Shown here one piece after another: positions 40,458-49,346 of a DNA stretch of 64,000 nucleotides (its first letter is position 1; each line of letters begins with the position of its first letter). Below the pieces are notes generated by a model, which ran no database searches, was not told the DNA's origin, and saw only the letters and a list, made by a program, of their open reading frames with translations. Source of the DNA: Escherichia phage EC.W2-6. The DNA lies in sequence record PP445229.1; one strand, written 5' to 3'. Made by a program: the position numbers and the translations under genes.

Positions 40458-40676
40458 TTAAGGTAGTATCTTTCTCAGAGCGTTAGATTCAGCATCAGGG
40501 CAAATAACAACTAAGTTATTTTGAATTGTTCTCTGCTTGCATTGAGAGCTAAGCTTCTCTACTGGAGCAGGGACAGTTACTAATGGATGAACTGCGCCTA
40601 CAGGAACTGCGGTGGATACCACAACACCTGCGCCTAAACATATTAAACCATATGCAGCTTGTTTCATCATTTTCAT
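40458..40676 (-). CDS. small secreted protein (72 aa)
   Basis: N-terminal signal-peptide-like hydrophobic segment; two Cys in mature part. Confidence 0.4.
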   Translation of the reverse strand: MKMMKQAAYGLICLGAGVVVSTAVPVGAVHPLVTVPAPVEKLSSQCKQRTIQNNLVVICPDAESNALRKILP

Positions 40677-40742
40677 TTGAGTGTCTCCTATATATTAACC
40701 TCTTGGGATATAGTAGTTTCATTACTTATTCACCAGTTTTAC

Positions 40743-40766
40743 TCCTAAAAGCCCCCGAAGGGGCTT
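40743..40766 (-). terminator. rho-independent terminator (minus strand)
   Basis: GCCCC-CGAA-GGGGC hairpin with T-run in minus-strand sense, after the tail fibre gene. Confidence 0.5.
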
Positions 40767-40769
40767 ATC

Positions 40770-42938
40770 TCACTTCTCTGCTAACTTCGCTTCTAGAACT
40801 TCAATACGCTTCAGCAGATCTTGAACAACCTGCATGGTATCTAAAAGCATTGGAGTTGCATCCAACTCTTTCTGTTCCTGCTCTACCCCATCGTTGTCAT
40901 GGAATTTACGAGTTTTAACATAAAGAGGTTCAACTTTCTCTGCCTGCTGTGCAATGATACCACGACGAGTTCTTCCTTGATTATCATTGTTGTACACAAA
41001 CGATTTGAAATCCAAACCTTTTATCGCACGAATTGCTTCATCAGGAGAGATATCTTGGATGTTATGTTTCAACTTTTCATCAGATACAGGATTCATAGCA
41101 AGAGTATAAGTTCCGGTTGAACTTGGCTGCCAAGTGTAGTAGTAAATCTCGTTCCTGTTTGGTCGGAGAGTTAAACGACAACCATATTTGTTGTCTTCAT
41201 CTCCCGAAACATGCCAACAGGAATCAGCAAAAGATCCAGCATCATTGTGAATCATCCCTACATGGGTAGTAGTTTTGTATCCACCTTGGGATGCTTGGGA
41301 AGCACTCAGTATAGAGTTAAAAGAGTAGTTAGCACCAACCCCTTGGTTGTCTATAGAAAACGTCCCTCTGCGACTTCCTGTTTCACTCCAAGACATCAAT
41401 GTTCTAGACCGAGCAACATATCTATCAGAGTTCAGGGTTCCAGAATCGTCAAAAGCTAATTGCTTGGTAACTCCTTTGGTTTTATTATAAACATTGATAA
41501 TCCCATAATAAGCTCCGTCGATATAAGCATCAGTTTGGAGCGTAGTAGAGGCTTCTACTTCTGAACCTATTTTATATTCAGAAACAACTGAACCGCTAGT
41601 TACCCTAGTTCCACCAGCAGGACGGTTTGCATCACTGTTAATAACTGACCAAGAGGTGTTAGCAGCAGTAAAACCTCCATGAGCACGAATAGTCCAAACA
41701 CCTACAAAGTTACGGGTCAGAATCTCCTCAGTGGAGCGACCATAAATAGGACTGGAACGCGATGCGTCAAAGTTTGTGGATATGTATTTACCTCCAGCCC
41801 CCACTGGAGCCACATCGTCTGTAGAGGTGATTGATTGAATTGCCCCGTTAGTCGCCACCTGCCCCGGAGCGGAGGCTAGTGTTACCATTGTGTGAGGGGA
41901 CGCATATGTGATATTCGGTGCAGCAGAATCAAACACTTGGCCATTTGCAGCAGAATTACCACCATCACCACGGCCATATAAAGCTCTCAGTGACCCCTCT
42001 TGGATACCATTTCGGTCAGGAACACGGAAAGTTGTTGTACCATTTCCGGTAGAATACCTACCCCTCTGATAGATATTAGACAACCAAAGAGAGTCTTCAA
42101 TTGGGGATAGCAGTTGTGCATAAGCCCATAAATCTGGGTAGTCAGCACGATTCAAAAGCTGCCCATCCGACACAACCTCAAAAGCTGGGATGAAAGCTCG
42201 ACTGTCACGTAAATGGAAATCACCAATACCAAAGTTAGAGATACCGCTCATCGTAGGACCACCAGAGCCACCACCACTGTTTCGAAGCTGTCTCAAAGTA
42301 ACCGCATCATAATCACCAACTGCATCAGGGACAGTTACTGGTTGAGTGAAAGTAACTTTCTGTGTGAGCTGTTTGATATCAGAGTTAATCCCTGTACGAG
42401 TAACACCTACCGTACGACCTTTAGAGTCTTTAACATAAGAACCAATTGCAGCAAAAGGCAAATCCTCAATCTCAGGACGGTAACGTTTAGAATAAACTGG
42501 ATACTTAGTTTCTACCCCAGAGTCATTCTGGTCAACAACCTGAAGACGACCAGCAGAATGAATCTCTACACCTTGAACTGAAGAGGCATAACTACCAATC
42601 TTGATTGAGTTATCAGTAGTAACTTTCATCATATCAACTGATTCTACACCATTAGCTCCAGTAGAACGGAATGGGGTATCATTAACAACCCAAGGGTCTT
42701 CTCGGAACAGCGCACCAGACATAATAGGTTGAATCGAATCCAGCACAAAATCTTTAGATGCACCCTCTGTTTTAGTTTGATAGGTAGCAGCTGCGTCGGT
42801 TTTCTGTAAATATTTTCCGGTGAGGTTAATAGCTCCAGTCTGTCCATCTACAGTAGAAACCCCAACAACAGCCGCGTCTCTGGTTACAACCACATGAGGC
42901 ATCATTATACCAGATTTGGGCATTAATTCTCTAGACAT
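40770..42938 (-). CDS. tail fibre / tail spike with C-terminal intramolecular chaperone (peptidase S74-like) domain
   Basis: C-terminal SDEKLKHNIQDISPDEAIRAIKGLDFKSF ... GIIAQQAE matches the self-cleaving chaperone domain of endosialidase/L-shaped tail fibres as I recall it. Confidence 0.6.
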   Translation of the reverse strand: MSRELMPKSGIMMPHVVVTRDAAVVGVSTVDGQTGAINLTGKYLQKTDAAATYQTKTEGASKDFVLDSIQPIMSGALFREDPWVVNDTPFRSTGANGVESVDMMKVTTDNSIKIGSYASSVQGVEIHSAGRLQVVDQNDSGVETKYPVYSKRYRPEIEDLPFAAIGSYVKDSKGRTVGVTRTGINSDIKQLTQKVTFTQPVTVPDAVGDYDAVTLRQLRNSGGGSGGPTMSGISNFGIGDFHLRDSRAFIPAFEVVSDGQLLNRADYPDLWAYAQLLSPIEDSLWLSNIYQRGRYSTGNGTTTFRVPDRNGIQEGSLRALYGRGDGGNSAANGQVFDSAAPNITYASPHTMVTLASAPGQVATNGAIQSITSTDDVAPVGAGGKYISTNFDASRSSPIYGRSTEEILTRNFVGVWTIRAHGGFTAANTSWSVINSDANRPAGGTRVTSGSVVSEYKIGSEVEASTTLQTDAYIDGAYYGIINVYNKTKGVTKQLAFDDSGTLNSDRYVARSRTLMSWSETGSRRGTFSIDNQGVGANYSFNSILSASQASQGGYKTTTHVGMIHNDAGSFADSCWHVSGDEDNKYGCRLTLRPNRNEIYYYTWQPSSTGTYTLAMNPVSDEKLKHNIQDISPDEAIRAIKGLDFKSFVYNNDNQGRTRRGIIAQQAEKVEPLYVKTRKFHDNDGVEQEQKELDATPMLLDTMQVVQDLLKRIEVLEAKLAEK

Positions 42939-42978
42939 TTAAATCTCCTTAAAGCCCCCCGAAGGGAGCATTGTTAAA

Positions 42979-45537
42979 TTACTCAGAAGGCATTTCAACA
43001 CGAACTGAAATAAAAGCATCACTCGGGATATCAATAGGATCACCGTCAGAAAAACCTTCTATCTCATTTCTAGAAAAAACCGGAGAGGTTGGATGGGTTC
43101 TGTGATAGGTTTTAACTAAAATAGAACCATCTTCTTTAATCTCATAGTCCAGCCAAACCCTAGGTTGTTTGTTGCGGTCAGTAGGGATTTCAAAGCCGCC
43201 GTCAATGCCTCCCCATTTTGCATCTGCGTTTAAGCCAAGGCAACCGGTAATCAAGTACTCACCAACACCTTGCCGAATGACATTAACCCCCTCAGATTCC
43301 TCGTTCGTCTCATATCGACCGTCGGAGTAAATATGAACTACCGGAGATGCCGCTTTGATAAATCCGTTTACATCAACAGTGGTGTTTTTGTTTGTAAGAC
43401 AATGGACATATTTTATTGTTCCGTCTGCAATCTTTATTGCGTAAGATATGCGACCGTATTGTGAGGCTTCGCCACCAGACCCTGCATATGACACACCGTG
43501 GGCAATCCAGAAGTTAGTATCCTCTGGCTGCATATACCAGTAGCAGTTAAACAAGTCTAAAGTAAACAGGCCGTTCCCGGAGGCATGTTGGACACGATCC
43601 CCAGTACCACCTACGCCTGAATTTGCTGGGGTGTTACTTAGCGCTCCAATATTGAACCTTGCACCAGCAGCATCTCCAGCCCCTGTCCCACCATTAGCAA
43701 TAGGTACATTATCCAGAGTAGAAACACTTCCCAACCCTAGATTAGAACGAGCACTAGCAGCATTTTTAGCTCCAGTGCCTCCTCTTTCAACACCTAGAGC
43801 CAAATCGCCAACTCTTCCAGGCGAGGTACTGTAACATCCCCACCCATTATTATCCACAAAGAGGTAGGTTTCTTTGTTAGGAGATAGTAATCTACTCTCC
43901 CCAGAGGCTTGATCAACTCTATCTATAGATAAATTGGAACGAGCAGCATCAACAGTAGTTGCCCCTGTACCACCATTAGCTATAGGAATTGTGTTGAGTG
44001 TAGCTATGGAGCTTAGACCTAGATTAGAACGAGCACTAGCAGCGTCTTTAGCTCCAGTGCCTCCTTGTGTGACAGACAGTGCTGTAGTGAGTCCCGTGAG
44101 GGATGTTATATCAGAGTTTGTACCAGAAGCGGCAGCACCTAAAATTGATCTGGAGATGTTCACATTACCAGTAATCTCATCAGGAGCTTGGTTATTTACA
44201 GTAACAACATAAGGTTTCTGAGCCTGTACAGACCCATTGTACTGAGAGTCTTTATCAGAATCTGGTGCTCTTATTGCCTCCCCTCCAGTCCAATCAGGAA
44301 GTCGAATGTTGATAAAATTAGTAGAATCTGCATCGGTAATACCATCTGCCAATTTACCCCAAGAGAAGTATTGTTTAGCCCCTGCTTGCCATTCAGTTTC
44401 AGAAACAACAGGAAGTTGTCCACTGACAAGGGATGGGCCTAAATCTGAAGCAGACTCTTTAGACACTAGACGACCATCGGCTGGAAGAACGCCCGGATAG
44501 GAGATATTCTTTGTTGGGTCATAAGGGAACATTACCATCTCACCAAGATATAGAGAAGGGTTTCCTGTTGGAATGGTAATGTCAATATTACCACTGGAGT
44601 CTGGAGAACGGGAATTAACAGTAAGAATTCTACCTTCAGTTTTAACAGGAGTTAATGTTTTGTTAGCAGCAACAGTATAAAATTCATACTTAGTAGCTTC
44701 CCAAACTAAGACCTTCTCACCAACTTGGCGATACTGAGCGTCAGCATCAGCTTCTGCTTTAGATTGATATGTCTTGGTGGTTTTATCAAACTTGTCATTA
44801 ATCTCTTGACGACTGTACTGAGCAACGTTCAGAACATTTCCTAAACCTACCGTCTCTTTGTTAAGCGTTAGAGCAACCTCTCCATCAAGAGCTGGACCGC
44901 CGTTAATAGAGACAGAACGGACAGATGGGATTAAGTTAGCAATGTTATCTAGAGTAGTTTTGTGGACGGTGTTGTCATCTTTGTCAACATAGAAACCTAA
45001 ATCACCTAGCTCTGGAACACCTGTAGGTGCTGTATCCAAATCCTTAACAGAACCATCTTTTCCGGGATCACCTTCTGGAATACCTAAAGAGATTACACCA
45101 GTGTTAGGATTAAAAGAGCCAGTAGCTGGAGTTCCCGGAGGGAGAGTTGTTACATCAACAGACATTCCTAACAGAACATCAAGCTGATTCTGGACTTCAA
45201 TAAGTTTTTGGTTAATGAGAGCAACGGCATTATTAGCATCCGATACTGCTGCGTTGGTTTGGGCAATCAGAGTCATCAAACGAGCATCTTGATCCTTAAA
45301 ATCCTGCTTAAGATCTTCAATATCCTGCTTCATCAGAACACCCTGTTGATATAGACGCTCTACTTCAGCGATTAAATCATCAATTGTACCAAACTTAGAT
45401 TCTGCTAGCAGTGCCCAATATTTGGAGTCAGCTGCATATTCTGCTGCTTGCTTGTAAGCTCCGATAGAGCCTTCAGTAGCACCAAACTGCCCAACGTTAT
45501 TCACTGCATCAGGTGCTTGGTTATTATAAACGATCAT
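42979..45537 (-). CDS. tail fibre protein with internal repeats
   Basis: N-terminal coiled coil; two copies of a ~45-aa unit (GGTGAKxAASARSNLGL ... PIANGGTGA). Confidence 0.55.
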   Translation of the reverse strand: MIVYNNQAPDAVNNVGQFGATEGSIGAYKQAAEYAADSKYWALLAESKFGTIDDLIAEVERLYQQGVLMKQDIEDLKQDFKDQDARLMTLIAQTNAAVSDANNAVALINQKLIEVQNQLDVLLGMSVDVTTLPPGTPATGSFNPNTGVISLGIPEGDPGKDGSVKDLDTAPTGVPELGDLGFYVDKDDNTVHKTTLDNIANLIPSVRSVSINGGPALDGEVALTLNKETVGLGNVLNVAQYSRQEINDKFDKTTKTYQSKAEADADAQYRQVGEKVLVWEATKYEFYTVAANKTLTPVKTEGRILTVNSRSPDSSGNIDITIPTGNPSLYLGEMVMFPYDPTKNISYPGVLPADGRLVSKESASDLGPSLVSGQLPVVSETEWQAGAKQYFSWGKLADGITDADSTNFINIRLPDWTGGEAIRAPDSDKDSQYNGSVQAQKPYVVTVNNQAPDEITGNVNISRSILGAAASGTNSDITSLTGLTTALSVTQGGTGAKDAASARSNLGLSSIATLNTIPIANGGTGATTVDAARSNLSIDRVDQASGESRLLSPNKETYLFVDNNGWGCYSTSPGRVGDLALGVERGGTGAKNAASARSNLGLGSVSTLDNVPIANGGTGAGDAAGARFNIGALSNTPANSGVGGTGDRVQHASGNGLFTLDLFNCYWYMQPEDTNFWIAHGVSYAGSGGEASQYGRISYAIKIADGTIKYVHCLTNKNTTVDVNGFIKAASPVVHIYSDGRYETNEESEGVNVIRQGVGEYLITGCLGLNADAKWGGIDGGFEIPTDRNKQPRVWLDYEIKEDGSILVKTYHRTHPTSPVFSRNEIEGFSDGDPIDIPSDAFISVRVEMPSE

Positions 45538-45546
45538 ATTATCTCC

Positions 45547-46299
45547 TTATACACGAGAAGTACGAATACCATAAATATCAGGCAAGCTGCTCTGAAGCCG
45601 AGTCATGTTATTCGGAATTGCGATAGGTGAACCTGAGTACTCTTGTTTCTTATTCTGCTCTACCATTTCATCAAGGATAGCTTTTCCTAATGCTGACCAT
45701 TTCTGAACACCGTTATCATCTTGAACAAAGAGACAAGCATGACGTAGGGTGAAGTACAGAAGAAGTTCTGGTGCGATAGTAAGAATAGCACTGGTATCTG
45801 TATCTTCGTGGAATTCCGGTGGGTCTGCATAATAGCTAAGAATCACTGAGTTTTCTGCTGGAATTAAAGGGCTTCCATCATCAGGATAAACAGGAGTATC
45901 TGCTTCAATACTAGGGTAGAAAATGAAACGACTCCCGAAACGAGCAAAGTTAACAGGTTGGTTATTCCAGTGAGATGGATTAATTGTTCCATGCTGTCTA
46001 CGATAGCTAATCTCCTCAGGAGAGGTTACTTGGAAGATTGTACCATCTTTGGCTCTCATCATCCATTGAGCTTCTAAGTAATCAGGAGGAATATAAGCTA
46101 CTCCATCTTTGATATCTAAATACACTTCTTTTTCCAGAGGAGGAATACGTAAGTTACGATAAATCTCTTTCTCTGCAAAGTTAATAAAGTTTGGAATTTG
46201 ATTAACAAATTCATCGTCGTCCCTATCTGCCCAGAGGGCCACGGCCTTCTTTAGCCACCCATAGGTATTGATGGGGTATTGAACATCTGGCATTGCCAT
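45547..46299 (-). CDS. hypothetical virion protein (250 aa), possible head-tail adaptor
   Basis: First gene after the capsid terminator; TAATGTATA element about 34 nt upstream of its start. Confidence 0.35.
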   Translation of the reverse strand: MAMPDVQYPINTYGWLKKAVALWADRDDDEFVNQIPNFINFAEKEIYRNLRIPPLEKEVYLDIKDGVAYIPPDYLEAQWMMRAKDGTIFQVTSPEEISYRRQHGTINPSHWNNQPVNFARFGSRFIFYPSIEADTPVYPDDGSPLIPAENSVILSYYADPPEFHEDTDTSAILTIAPELLLYFTLRHACLFVQDDNGVQKWSALGKAILDEMVEQNKKQEYSGSPIAIPNNMTRLQSSLPDIYGIRTSRV

Positions 46300-46332
46300 A
46301 GGTTGTCCTCCTTGTTATATGTAGACAAAGAA

Positions 46333-46341
46333 TATACATTA
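46333..46341 (-). promoter_or_regulatory. TAATGTATA element on minus strand (candidate phage-sigma-dependent late promoter)
   Basis: Exact 9-mer about 34 nt upstream of the 46299 start, just after the capsid terminator. Confidence 0.45.
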
Positions 46342-46361
46342 CACACTAGCTTGTATAGGTC

Positions 46362-46392
46362 TTAAAACGAAAAAACCCCGCCCGAAGGCAGG
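46362..46392 (-). terminator. rho-independent terminator after the capsid/Ig-like ORF (minus strand)
   Basis: CCCTGCC-TTCG-GGCGGGG hairpin followed by TTTTTTCG in minus-strand sense. Confidence 0.6.
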
Positions 46393-46400
46393 GTCTGATT

Positions 46401-46913
46401 TTAAGCAGGTGTTACACCAGTAAAAGTGCATGTTGCATTGATGGACGGGTCAGCTGTCAAACTTGCTTGAACAGTAACTTCGCCACTTGCAGCAGCATCT
46501 AAGGTTAACGCACCAGCGGCGCTTACTGTACCGGCTTCTGTAGGAGTTACAACAAACGTGTAATCCGCAGCAGCAGAGTTAGTTACAGTAAACATGGTAG
46601 TGAAATTAGTGGAAGAACCACCAGTTTTACCCGTAATTGGACCCTTAGCTACAATAGTAGGAGCAGGAGCAACAATTTCAGAAATGGTTGCTGTACCAGA
46701 AACACCTTCTAAAGTTGCAGTAATGGATACATCAGTGGATTGAGACGCACTCGGAGCAGTATACAAACCAGACTGAGTGATAGAACCACCTCCTGTCACT
46801 GACCAAGTAAAGCCAGTTGTTTCGGTAGAACCATCACTTTTCTCCGCGCTTGCAGTGAACTGCCGAGTAGCCCCTGTCTCTAGACTTGCTAAAGACGCAG
46901 GGCTAACAGTCAC
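46401..46913 (-). CDS. Ig-like domain ORF, probable -1 frameshift extension of the major capsid protein
   Basis: Open in the -1 frame relative to the capsid gene from a GGGAAAG heptamer 4 codons before the capsid stop; Thr/Ser/Gly-rich Ig-like composition; hairpin terminator just downstream. Confidence 0.55.
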   Translation of the reverse strand: MTVSPASLASLETGATRQFTASAEKSDGSTETTGFTWSVTGGGSITQSGLYTAPSASQSTDVSITATLEGVSGTATISEIVAPAPTIVAKGPITGKTGGSSTNFTTMFTVTNSAAADYTFVVTPTEAGTVSAAGALTLDAAASGEVTVQASLTADPSINATCTFTGVTPA

Positions 46914-46924
46914 ACTGTCTACTG

Positions 46925-47983
46925 TTACGCCGCCACCTTTCCCGCAGCAGTGAACAGAACGCCGGAAGCATACGGGTTGCGGTGACGCAGACCAACTTCC
47001 ATTTCAATCATCCACTTCTCGTAAGAACCGTCTTTAGCCAGTTCAGTACGTTTCGGAGCACGCAGAACCATCTGAGTCCAGTCAGCGCTACGGAAGAAGT
47101 AAACTGCATCGGTAGGCATCCAACGGTTAACGATGATTTTGTAGCTCTGGCCCAGCGGGTCAGTGATGCTGTTAACTTCGTAGATGAACTGCTTGGTGTT
47201 CTCAAAGATACGCTTACGTGAACCCTGAGTATTTTCTTGCAGACCAGCAAAGATCTTAGCATGAGCCGGGTTAATCATGATGATATCTGCTTCAGAACCA
47301 GCGGTATACAGTTGCAGAGTCATATCAAAGATATCAGCTTCGTCGAAACCAATGTTAGTGGTCGGGTTAGAAGCATTCTGTGCAACTTTAACAGTTACTG
47401 CACCAGTGTCCGGGTCAGCAGGACCATTCTTGGTCTTGTCAACAACGCCACCAGCCAGACCACCGTGAGCACACAGGAACTGGAATGCACCAGTCTTACG
47501 AGCTGCATGGGTGTCATTCAGACCAACAACAGCAGGATCAGTTGCAGAGTTAGTCAGATACTGGTCAGCCAGAACGTCGGTACGAGCCTGACCGGACAGA
47601 AGGATTTTCTCGAGGTCACGCTTGATCTCTTTACCTTTCTTCTCCAGCTGATACATCAGTTCACGACCACGACCGTAGTTAGCGGTGGTGTTAGCAGTAT
47701 CAGAAACACGAACAACCTTACGCAGAATCTGAGTAACGTTAGATTTGATAACAGTCGGTTTCATTTCACCGTCTTCAGCACGAGAGCCTTCGACGTGTGC
47801 GTTATTACCGTCAACGCTTGCCAGTGCATCGGTCTGCCAGCTAAAGATAGTCTGGTTGATAGACTCTTTACCGGTCATAGATACGAACGGGGTATCCTGA
47901 GGGGACAGAACAGAAATCCAGTTAGCAAAAGAAAGTTTTTTACCATTCTGGTCATACGATACAAATAAAGTTGGATTAGCCAT
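46925..47983 (-). CDS. major capsid protein
   Basis: 352 aa, directly downstream of scaffold gene and upstream of the strongest late terminator. Confidence 0.7.
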   Translation of the reverse strand: MANPTLFVSYDQNGKKLSFANWISVLSPQDTPFVSMTGKESINQTIFSWQTDALASVDGNNAHVEGSRAEDGEMKPTVIKSNVTQILRKVVRVSDTANTTANYGRGRELMYQLEKKGKEIKRDLEKILLSGQARTDVLADQYLTNSATDPAVVGLNDTHAARKTGAFQFLCAHGGLAGGVVDKTKNGPADPDTGAVTVKVAQNASNPTTNIGFDEADIFDMTLQLYTAGSEADIIMINPAHAKIFAGLQENTQGSRKRIFENTKQFIYEVNSITDPLGQSYKIIVNRWMPTDAVYFFRSADWTQMVLRAPKRTELAKDGSYEKWMIEMEVGLRHRNPYASGVLFTAAGKVAA

Positions 47984-48024
47984 GTTATGTTAGCTCCTAT
48001 ACTATTAATAATTTAATTTGTCGA

Positions 48025-49101
48025 TTAATCTACGAGGAATTTGAATGCGTCTTCGTGACTAACGCGACCCTCTGCGAATGCCTTGGCAACCTTAGCGTTG
48101 TCGGGCTTATTGGAAGTGCGAGACTTTGCAGCATCAGACTTCACAACCTTGCGTGGAGCACCGGGACGTTTAATCTTAGCCATCACCTGTTGCTTACCTT
48201 TATCAAATTGGTATGCTTTGTGGAGAGCTAGGAAAATAGACGGACGGTTTTCCTTCAATACTTCTTCTTCAGTAGCACCTAAGTCAATTGCGTATTGCAT
48301 TAAGTTTTGATATAAGTTTTCATCCCAATTTGGAATCTCACGTTTCAGAATATTAACACATTCAATACTCTTGGCTTGGAAAGCTTCCTGCTCTTTAGCT
48401 GCTGCTTCCTGCTTAATACGGACCTGAGCCTGTTCAAGCTGTTGACGGCGAGCTGTGTACTTCTCTAGGAAACGTTTGTTTTCAACATATGCTTGAGGAT
48501 CTTCTACTGCAAGCTTGTCCCAATCAAAACCGTTATAATCTTCAATTACTCGGTCTGCTTCTAAAGACGCTAGTTCTAATACATCCTTCAAACCTACTAC
48601 ACGTTCCTCGAATGCTTCCATATGACGCTGAAGAGTTGATTCTCGTTCTGTCATATCAGCACCAGTAAGATAGCCATTAGAAAGTTCTTCAATAGTCATC
48701 TCACGTCCATCAGGAAGGGTGATAACGGTTTCGTAGTCTACATCAAAGACTTCACCTTCACCGTCAGCAGAATCATCTTCATACTCTGCATCGCTTGAAT
48801 CTTCTTCCTCTTGTTCTTCTGCTTCAGAGGATTCGTCTTCATCTTCTTCGACTTCGCCTTCCTCTTCACGATCTTCCCAACCATCTTCATCTTCGAACTT
48901 AAGCTCATCGCTTTCACCGAGAAGGTCGGTATCAAAGTCGAAATCGTCACCGTCTTTTTCCGGGAACTCATCGTCAATGTCCACTTCTGGTTCTTGTTCA
49001 GATTCTAATCGACCGAGTTCTTCTTTGAAAGAACCTTTCAGGTCATCCAGTTGGAGGAAAGATTTAAAATCGTTCGGGTCAATATAATTATCTTGTGGCA
49101 T
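48025..49101 (-). CDS. scaffolding protein
   Basis: Extremely acidic N-terminal third followed by coiled-coil-like helical region; between portal and capsid genes. Confidence 0.55.
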   Translation of the reverse strand: MPQDNYIDPNDFKSFLQLDDLKGSFKEELGRLESEQEPEVDIDDEFPEKDGDDFDFDTDLLGESDELKFEDEDGWEDREEEGEVEEDEDESSEAEEQEEEDSSDAEYEDDSADGEGEVFDVDYETVITLPDGREMTIEELSNGYLTGADMTERESTLQRHMEAFEERVVGLKDVLELASLEADRVIEDYNGFDWDKLAVEDPQAYVENKRFLEKYTARRQQLEQAQVRIKQEAAAKEQEAFQAKSIECVNILKREIPNWDENLYQNLMQYAIDLGATEEEVLKENRPSIFLALHKAYQFDKGKQQVMAKIKRPGAPRKVVKSDAAKSRTSNKPDNAKVAKAFAEGRVSHEDAFKFLVD

Positions 49102-49337
49102 TATGAAACATCTCCTGCACTATTGATAGCAGCTTTTATGACCTCTTTTAAGCTACCAACCATTTTATACTTTTGATAACAATCTTCGCGTTTCTTATTC
49201 TCATGAGGTTCTGTTTGAACTATCTCTGTCATGAGTCTTTCTTTCAATGCCTCTAATGCTGCGTCAAGACTGCCGTTAAGGTTGAGAGCCGCCAAAGCGG
49301 CGGCGTGCTCTTTATTAAATTGATGTCTAATGTTCAT
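49101..49337 (-). CDS. hypothetical protein (78 aa)
   Basis: Small helical ORF between portal and scaffold. Confidence 0.4.
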   Translation of the reverse strand: MNIRHQFNKEHAAALAALNLNGSLDAALEALKERLMTEIVQTEPHENKKREDCYQKYKMVGSLKEVIKAAINSAGDVS

Positions 49338-49346
49338 TCGACGTCC

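Noticed and set aside
40458-40676. 72-aa protein next to the endolysin as holin
   Set aside because: Single N-terminal hydrophobic segment resembling a cleavable signal peptide rather than holin TM topology
47008-47968. Long ORFs on the plus strand (47237-47968 and others) opposite the major capsid gene
   Set aside because: Antisense to a clearly coding gene and lacking start context; stop-poor because of codon bias on the true strand
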